Shown one piece after another: positions 12,000-20,000 of a stretch of 20,000 bases of DNA. The stretch is from Catajapyx aquilonaris (lineage: Eukaryota). The notes under the pieces are model-generated. The model had not been told where the DNA came from. It made no database searches and saw nothing but the letters and a program-made list of their open reading frames with translations. The DNA is taken from contig JYFJ02001845.1 of assembly GCA_000934665.2 (NCBI GenBank), forward strand, positions 48,308 through 68,307, given 5' to 3'. Both the position numbers and the translations under genes were made by a program. The stretch's first letter is position 1. Each line of letters opens with the position of its first letter.

Positions 12000-14900
12000 A
12001 GAGGCGGTTGGGCTGATTGAATAACTGAGTCCTCCAAGAATTGCCTTCCACTTGTGAGCATTTTCAGAGCTGGCGCCGCCGAATTGGGAGCCCGCCCCGT
12101 CCTCGCTACTTCCTAGATTAGAAATGCACCGCGGGGCACACAATCATTTGACAACTCGCTCTTCCACTCTGCCCCCTGCCTTTAAATGGGAAAATATGCA
12201 AATTTGACGGTGGCCCATGTCTTGCCCAACATTAACCTCCCCGAATGTCGACTATGTACATGATGGGAGGGCAAATATTGGAACCATTCGGGTTGAGTGC
12301 AAGTGTTTTACAGTAACAAGTGTCAAAAGAAGTATCCTGGCGCTTTACATGCAATAATCAGCACTCTAGCGAGGTAACGCTTAAATAATAATTTTGCTAT
12401 AGTGTCAAGACATGTTCTTCCTTCCAACTATTATGCTGGAGTGCATTTTCCCCAATAATAAATATCAGACCAATATATTTAACAGCGTGTGGAAAATTTC
12501 AACTAAATTTCGTAAGACAGCAATCTGCTTAACTTCTGTACTGATTGGGGTAGCTTAACTCCTAGCATCGCCATTAAGTGCCGTGTAGGCCTTGGGAGAG
12601 GATGGCTTGAAATCCATTACTGCCCTCTAAATAGTTTAAAAATGGTAACGTGGTTAAGCTGATGGACTGGGGATGCTTCCATCTGCTCCACCTGTCCATC
12701 TGTCGCCTGTTTTGCGGTGTAATATTTAGAACGAAAAGTGATAAAATTCATCAAAAGGTGACCTTTGGTTAGGTAATGCAGTACGTTATTTACTAAAATG
12801 TGCCAATGGCATTCAAATCGGAATGGAACTATGCACCTCCAGGCACAGAAATCCTTTCCTTCCAACCGACTTGTTCGTTTTTTAATGTCTAAAAATTTGG
12901 AAACTCCTGTGTTCATTCAGACATGGCAGCATACATGTTGTTAGGCTGTGACCTAAATGCAAAGTTTCCCCTTGCTGTTTATTCTTTATTATATTCGTGT
13001 TGTAGGATTAACATACAGTGTTCTGTAAGCGTTTCAAGGGAGGGTGCTTGTTTTTAGGAATATGGTGTGTTGTTTTTGCAAACGAAATTGTAACATTCTT
13101 AGCTGAGAGGTTCTAAAAGATGCCTTTGTACATAAAAATGCATATGCGAATTCAACGTATTGTAACGGTACGTCGGGAGTCAGGGGTATTTATCACTGGA
13201 GTATATTTTAATCAATATACCACATGCCCGTATGGCCGTATTTAATATCATTTTTACTTGAATTACGGTCATGAGTGAAAGTAAAATCATTAATCATGTA
13301 CTGTGTTGTAAACCACCTTCGATCTTATCAAACAACCACTAATTCTCATTACGTCGCGTCGGACTGAAATGAGTCCCTCAAAAAAAATAACACTCCATAA
13401 TGTTGCACCAGCAGATCCAAAGCATTTCTAGCCAATTTCCCCCATCACCCCAGCTCCACTTTTTCAGACCAGTAATTTTCCCTACGATAACCGGAAATGT
13501 CAAAGGCTTTATCCCATAACTTGGTTAAGAAGGATCAAGGGGAGGAATTAATTTTCAGTCATTTCGCAGCCCATTCATAGTTGCGTTTCGCGATCCCTTG
13601 AAACAGGAGGTAACGCAGCAGATAATCAGGCTGGCGGCGGGGCTGAGTAAAGATATCCTCCAAAAAGAGATAATTAGGTGCTCGCCAAAGATAAACTTTT
13701 GAATTTGCCGTGGAAAGTTTGGCCGGCCTCTTGAATTAAACTAATGCACACCACTGTAACGATATCAAGCCTCTCTCTTCTTATTAAGTGATATGTTGTT
13801 TACACCTGCATGCACAGAGATTGTGATCTGAAGCATCGTTACGTGCACTTGAATGCACAAGCATATTTCACTTCAGCTTTATAAGGAGGGGGCGAAAAGA
13901 AGAGGAGGAAGAAAATTAGCATCGTACAATCTTCGCTCTCTCAACTTGTAAGACCTGCTGAGCAAAAAAAAAACTTCTTCACGAAAGATCTTAGGGTATA
14001 ATATGACGAAGGAAAGAGTCGAGGCGGCGTTTTTTTATATATATGGTTTCGCTGCGAATTGTACCAGACTGAGGAAAAATGGTCTCCCCTTTTTAATTTG
14101 CGGAGTTAATTTATAGGGTTAAAAAGGATACACGTGAACCTAAACTAGAGATATAAAGGAAGGAAAGAATTTCATTAGAAGGTTCCGGGTGTCTCGGTTC
14201 GGCTGGCACACTGAGAGGCTTTTCCCCCCATTCCATTTTCCTAAGCCATTAACGACTCCAGTCATAAAACTCTTACTCTCTCACTACCTTCATTATCCAT
14301 AAGAGTCGCCGGTGTCAATTATCTTACCAAGTGGGACGCGGAGAAAGGCTTTTCCACTCCTCAATTAAAGGTACTGCAAGGTACCACACATCAGGTGCAG
14401 TGTCGCCACATCATACCTGAACATTCACTTGTGTGTGTTTGTGATGTTTCCACTTTTATTTCCACTTTCTGGTGGTATAAAAAATATGAAAAGTAAACAT
14501 ATTTTTAAATTACAAGTTGGTAAACACAGCATATTCAGTATCATAAGTAGAAGTTCAGCATCAACAGAGCTCTCTAAAGCTTGGGGTGCATGTTGATTAT
14601 TATGCATGAAAATAAATTTATAATAAAGTTCCCTGGTTCTGTAGGTTAGCTACTGTAGGAGCTTCAGACAATAATTCAGCACTTCCTGGTCCGCCAAAAT
14701 GTTTCGGTGGCAACTGCATAAAGTTAGTGCAATTTCAGTGCAAGTAAATAACTTGCAGAATATCACATTACACTATATTCGATTTACGAGGTTAGCTCCT
14801 CTACCGGCAGTATTTGCAAGCGCAAGTACAAGCTTTTTAATAATTCTTGAAGTCATCCTTTTTCGGATGCGGGCTGTTAAAACAGCGAAAAACATTCAAT

Positions 14901-16238
14901 TATTTCATATTGCTTGTCCAATATTCCCCCCTTGAAAGCGAACATGCCCCAGGAAAATTTTCTCATCATTCACATTTGACTTCCCTGCCTGCCATACACA
15001 GGGGGAGCCTGCATCTGCAACTTTTCACTCGTGTTTGAACTTGAATGATAAAACTACACGGTTAATACACACAACTCACGCCCAAACGTCTGCACATTAT
15101 GTTGAATATAACTTTTTTTTACCCTCGATGACAAAAATTAATAACATCCTAAAAAGTTCATTCAGCACATCATACTGTCCAACATAAAGACGCGGAAAAT
15201 ATTCATGCATGTCAAAAGTAACTTCTGTGGCAGGTATATCATTAAAAAAATAACTGAATAACTTCTACTGCAAGCCATAATGTTATACTCCCACACAAAG
15301 CCTGCACCTTACAAAATCTCCAGCTAAAAAACACACTCGGCATGTTTTCGCTTCAAATCATCCAACCACTCTGATCCAAATCCCGCAAAAAATCGCTTAA
15401 ACCTTCCCCCTAGTACATAAAATTCCTGAATGTGTGCTAAAACTAGCTTGAAGAAAGGAGGGTTGAGCTTTGGTGTAGAAGGGGAAAAAATGGCAGTTGG
15501 GACGAGGCCGAGTTCGCCCGCAGCCCATTCTCCATGTCTGTCGTCAATGCTCGACTCCTATCACCAAGGTCTAGGGAAGATTCGTTTTCTACCTGAATGT
15601 CACAGAGCCATTACCACAGGGCCTCTCTATCTCCCCCTACTATCTCACGTCGTAAGAAAAAAAAGGAGATTTGCCCGGGGATGAGATAGGTTGTTTCTGG
15701 CTCAGGCCACACACATTTTGGACTCCTATTCTCCTCGAACCAATATGTATTCAAGTCGACATGTTCCAAGAATTTATTAGCGGGGTAAAATAATGAGATT
15801 TGCAGCGCCTTTTTCGTCATCGTCAGTTTCAGTCACGATCTTTTTAACAAGTCTAACACGTACTGTTCTGTACCCGGACATTAAAATATTCTATTCATTT
15901 CTACTCTACCTTGGAAAGTATTTTAACCACGGGTGCATCATTAACTCACTTTGCGCCGATTCTCCTGGGAGGAAAGGAGCACTTTGTAAACGTAATTCCG
16001 TCCAAATGACGGCCAGGCTTAGACCAACACGCTGTGAACAAAATGTCCACTTTCAGGATTTTTCGCAAAAAAAAGTCATGGTTNCCCCCCTCCAATTCAT
16101 CATTTTCATATTGCTTAGTAGAAGGCACGAATGCATTCTGCGAGCTCCCTAACTGCATCGGAGACCTCATATAAAGAACCGCTTAATCGGAAGAAATTAC
16201 GAAAGTTGGCAAAACTTGCTTCATCCAGGGTGGGGGTG

Positions 16239-16296
16239 GAGAGAGAGCGAGAGAGAAGGAACTTGTAGGTTGCGGACTTGAGGAGTCTCTCTCTCT
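16239..16296. repeat. Interrupted (GA)n tract followed by a (TC)n tract
   Basis: gagagagagcgagagaga at 16239-16256 and tctctctctct at 16286-16296. Confidence 0.7.
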
Positions 16297-16519
16297 TGCT
16301 CACAAAGGAGAATTTCCATCATTTGCAAGGGGAGGGTTTCAAACTTGCGTGGCACCGTGGCAGCACAGCGCTCTCTCAAAATGGCTCTTGCCCTAACTCC
16401 AAGTGTAAGATCACAGTGTTTTGAGCCAGAGAGAAGTGTATGGAAATTGGCCTGCGTCCACAATGCGCTACGGCTAGGTGTTATACACGTGGGGATAAGA
16501 CACTTCTCCCTAGGATATG

Positions 16520-16578
16520 CAGGGTGAGTCAGTGAGGAACAAAACTGGTGTGAATTGTTGATATTCCGACTCACCCTG
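16520..16578. repeat. Perfect 11-bp inverted repeat with 37-bp spacer
   Basis: CAGGGTGAGTC (16520-16530) and its exact reverse complement GACTCACCCTG (16568-16578). Confidence 0.8.
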
Positions 16579-19574
16579 TTCTTGACCGTACGCCTTGAGA
16601 GAGATGGTCATGTCACGTCAATCAACGGATTATAACTAGCTCATCCCACAGAAAGGCTCGGTCTAATTTCTTGCTCGGTAGCTACGCTATCGATCATCCC
16701 GAGCGATCAATCATTTGCATACACTTGAAGGATATTTTAGCTCGTACAAATAGTGAAGTCAACAAAGGAATCTCCGCGCCTTTAAGCCCAGACATCTTTG
16801 TTGATATTTCTTACCCCCCAAAAAACGCGATAACGTCATCCCGATATTGACAACACTGTCGTCTTCCCAAGGTCTTAAAGATGACGGCTTCTTTTTCGAT
16901 CCTGATTTACACGTAACGTGAGTCATGAGCAGCACTTTACCCCCTACTAAAACGCGTGATCCCAAATCTAATAGCTCACATCATCCAAGAACCGTTCACC
17001 TGCTGATATTTCCTCGACAGAGCACGTCCGTCTCCGAATGGATGCATGCAGATGCAGGATTTCGAGTTCCCATCAGTACAGCTAGGTCGATATTGGCGTG
17101 CAGAAAAGTTTGCCTAACAAATTCTTTATTGCCTTTGATGGAAGTTCACTTTATGGGGGGAAGCTTTATCCCAAGTGTTGTTTTCCCATCGATTTAACCA
17201 GGGGCCAGTCCTATTTATTATTGCCCTGAAAGTCAGTGGGTCTGGCCAAATCAAAGTCGTGAATCTTAGGACACTGTCCAGCCAAAATTAGGAAAACTCC
17301 TAGGGGTCCAGCTTCTGAAATTAACACCACTAGCTTTGAATTACGCGGGTCAGAACACTGCAGGCCACCCGATTGGCTGGCCCCAATCATACTCAAAATT
17401 AGAACGATCTACTAAATTTAGTAGCACTCCTTGCAGCTAAACATGTTCAGAATGTTCACTTGCGAACGGTTCCTCTTTTTTTAACTCCCTGGCGCCCATA
17501 ACAAAAAAGGGACTTTCCCTCCGCAAAGTCGGAGTCGAGCTCCTGTGGAATTTATCACTACACTTTTCGCATCGATTTAGACATGCAAGGTGGATACGGG
17601 CACATACTCGTAAAAAATTACAATCAACACGCAAGTCCAAAATTGAGCGGTGCAAAGCTCCCCCACCTTTTCCAACCACCATCTCGGACCTTTCTTTAGC
17701 GCCCCCCACACGGTTTTGCAGTCCCATAAACTTGTTTTATTCCGTTCGATCTGCGTGGTTATGACGAGTTGGATGTTTATCTCGAGGGTGGTAGAACGAC
17801 GTGTATGCACAAATTCATGCTGAGAAACTCGAAAACACTGTGCGTCCATTTTACTTCATCAACTGATGTGGAACACTGCACAGAAATGAAGATTGGAAGA
17901 AAAAAAATTCCTCACTTTTCTACCTGCATCACCTGACTATCCAACAATTGGCACGTCGCCTAATAGTTCCATGCATTATGGCCGTTATAAACTGAACTAT
18001 AAACTCAGCTGACCCCAATAGCAAGTCGGTGCAACTTTGGCCTCACATGCAGCTGTGTGACCACAGGTCAAACCCAGCGGTTGCATACAGTACATAGGAA
18101 GCAAAGTCAGCAGCCAGTCACATGCAAATGCTTCCTCTTTTTTTCCTAAACCGGTGGCAAATGCGTTGCTAAGAGGAAACGCCGGAGTGTGGGAGACCTC
18201 ACATGAGCCGCACGAATTGTAATTTACAAGATTAGGTGAATCAATGGCTCCGCCCAGGAAACGAGCTTGACGGAGAACTTTGTTTGCGCAGACGAATTAG
18301 CGTGGTTCTGGCTGCCTCAGGGATGGAAATACAGGTAACAAGAGGTAGGCTTGGGCGGTAGATTACTTCCAGGTCTATCAAGTCTGTATACAGACCCCCG
18401 GATAGAGAGCACAAAAAATACTGAGGGGAAAGGTTTAGCTGGACGGCGGTCTTTGTTTAAACAAGACAGTGGTCGGTTAAATATCGGCTTAAATTACCAC
18501 TTGATCCATTCGCAACCATTACAGTGCAAAGAAGTGGGGTTGAAATGAGTCAATTTTCTGGGGGTCATTCGATCCTTTTGCGGTGTGGTAATAAAGGACA
18601 TGCACACAGAAAAAGCTTTATCGTCTTTGAAAACAACGTCATTTTCAATCGCTAATAGCTACTGCTAACAGCTCAAAGGGAAAAAGGGATTGATTGCGAT
18701 AAAAAAAGAGTTCGAGCAAAAGATTACCATCTAGGTCATTTGCAAGTAATGCGAAAATCCTTCCTGTTATTTCCTCTGGTACATTATACCGTACACGGTG
18801 TCGTTTCCCTAAACTTATACGTTTAGATTTGCAGATAACGTCAGAGAAACGAATGGTATGTCGTGGTTCGCAAAAAAGAGGAGGGAAAAAAGGTCATGGA
18901 TTTTCCAAGACCAGAGAGTCAGCTAAGGGTGGGCTTTTAACTCTATTATTTAGGTATTTTAAATGTAATCACCGCCTCATGTACACCCGAAGGAGCGCCT
19001 CTCACTATTGCAATTATAATACAAAAATTGCTCCATAAATGACGCTTTTTCTCAAGGGAATTCCCTCATTTTTGCAATCAACCTTGCACATAGCATTAGC
19101 TTCATAATATACGCTTCTCACATGGATACAACCCCAGTAATAACGACCGCTACACGGGCCTAATTTCGAACCGCTTCCCCACACACATATTCGCAAAAGG
19201 CCTCCTTCCCTCGCTGTCATTCGCAGACTGTGCTCCGATAATGACTCCGAAACAACGGGGATCTGACCTCAGAAGTTATACCGTACAGGACTCAACCAGA
19301 TTTATAAAACCGTTTTTCGAACCAGCCGTATTTCCAAGCGTCCTTTTAACTGTGCCGTCTCCTTAGACCTTCCCCTTCTGCACATTACATGCCAATACTG
19401 CATGGGCTGATTTAGTGGCTGATCACTCTTAGAGACAGGTTTCGTTAATCTTGAAGCGGTGGAGACGGACTATTGATGGCGGGGAATGCTTTCTTCGCGG
19501 CGCGGGATAGGGCATCGTTAAATCACCAGCCCTTCTTCGTTTCTCCTCCCAAAGTCTTCCCATTTTTTTGGTAG

Positions 19575-19594
19575 CCCCCCCCCCCCNCCCCCCC
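19575..19594 (+). repeat. Poly-C run containing an ambiguous base (C12-N-C7)
   Basis: N at 19587 lies inside the C-run. The only other N (16084) also abuts a C-run. Confidence 0.85.
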
Positions 19595-20000
19595 TCTCTT
19601 GCCTTCGGTTTTTTTTCAGGAGCTCTCTTTTTCGGAAGCAACAATTTCTCCACGGATGATTTACCGGCATGGGTTCTGCCGAGATCTTCTGCCAACACAC
19701 TGACCCCAATATTCAAATGAGATTCAAGCCGCAATGGTAATGTTCGGATGCTAAAATAGGGGTGATTTTTACAAGGCATAGGAATGTAATGACCAAGATT
19801 TGTGAGGGGATATAGAATTCCACAAGGCTTTGTTTCGATGCGGTAAGTTCTAAAATTTCACAGTTTCCGCGGATCCGGATGGAGAATGAATTAAAAATAC
19901 TGTTTTAATCCTCTTTACCAATCAAAAGCTTGCCTTCTAAATAGTGCCTGCAGACTTCACTTACAGCTCTAAAACTGCGAGGACTGTAGCAAAGCCAATT

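Larger units (their letters stand above)
1..20000. other. Non-coding-like sequence (eukaryotic intergenic/intronic DNA or composition-preserving shuffled sequence); no supported CDS
   Basis: Longest ORF is 134 aa. There is no operon-like tiling and no recognisable domain, and homopolymers are abundant (e.g. A11 488-498, C13 7059-7071, T12 10345-10356). Confidence 0.85.

Noticed and set aside
11704..12143. Pro/Gly-rich ORFs spanning the polypurine tract
   Set aside because: They are by-products of the G-rich low-complexity sequence.
1867..18129. Five octamer motifs (ATTTGCAT/ATGCAAAT at 1867, 11428, 12196, 16713, 18122)
   Set aside because: They are scattered and plausibly explained by the general abundance of TGCA and A/T runs.
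19815..19953. Restriction-site cluster (EcoRI, overlapping SacII/BamHI/BspEI, HindIII, PstI) suggesting a polylinker
   Set aside because: The sites are spread over about 140 bp with no recognisable vector sequence or MCS order.
1..20000. Hidden genes under a reassigned genetic code
   Set aside because: TAA, TAG and TGA all terminate the short ORFs, and frequent long homopolymers are unlike coding DNA. Retranslation with tables 4, 6, 15 and 25 would settle it.
1..20000. CRISPR array, telomeric array, LTR pair or rRNA
   Set aside because: I saw no regularly spaced 23-50 bp repeats, tandem telomeric hexamers, long terminal repeats or conserved rRNA motifs.

Overview
I found no gene, RNA gene, CRISPR array or transposase in this window, and I cannot support a novel biological system. 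The longest six-frame ORF is 134 aa even with alternative starts, ORFs overlap haphazardly on both strands, and none has a recognisable protein motif. This argues against ordinary prokaryotic, phage or plasmid coding DNA. By eye the sequence is moderately AT-rich (low-40s % GC), with CpG not obviously depleted, frequent TGCA, many homopolymer runs and two Ns next to C-runs. Composition shifts in blocks of a few hundred bp (C-rich, CCGG-rich, AT-only, purine-rich). Short words recur within blocks, but I saw no long alignable repeat. This fits either non-vertebrate eukaryotic intergenic/intronic DNA or a locally shuffled/synthetic sequence, and I cannot distinguish the two without computation. 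The best local signals are an 11-bp perfect inverted repeat (16520-16578), a CCGG-dense block (7371-7953) and a canonical G-quadruplex/polypurine tract (11965-11999). All are modest.
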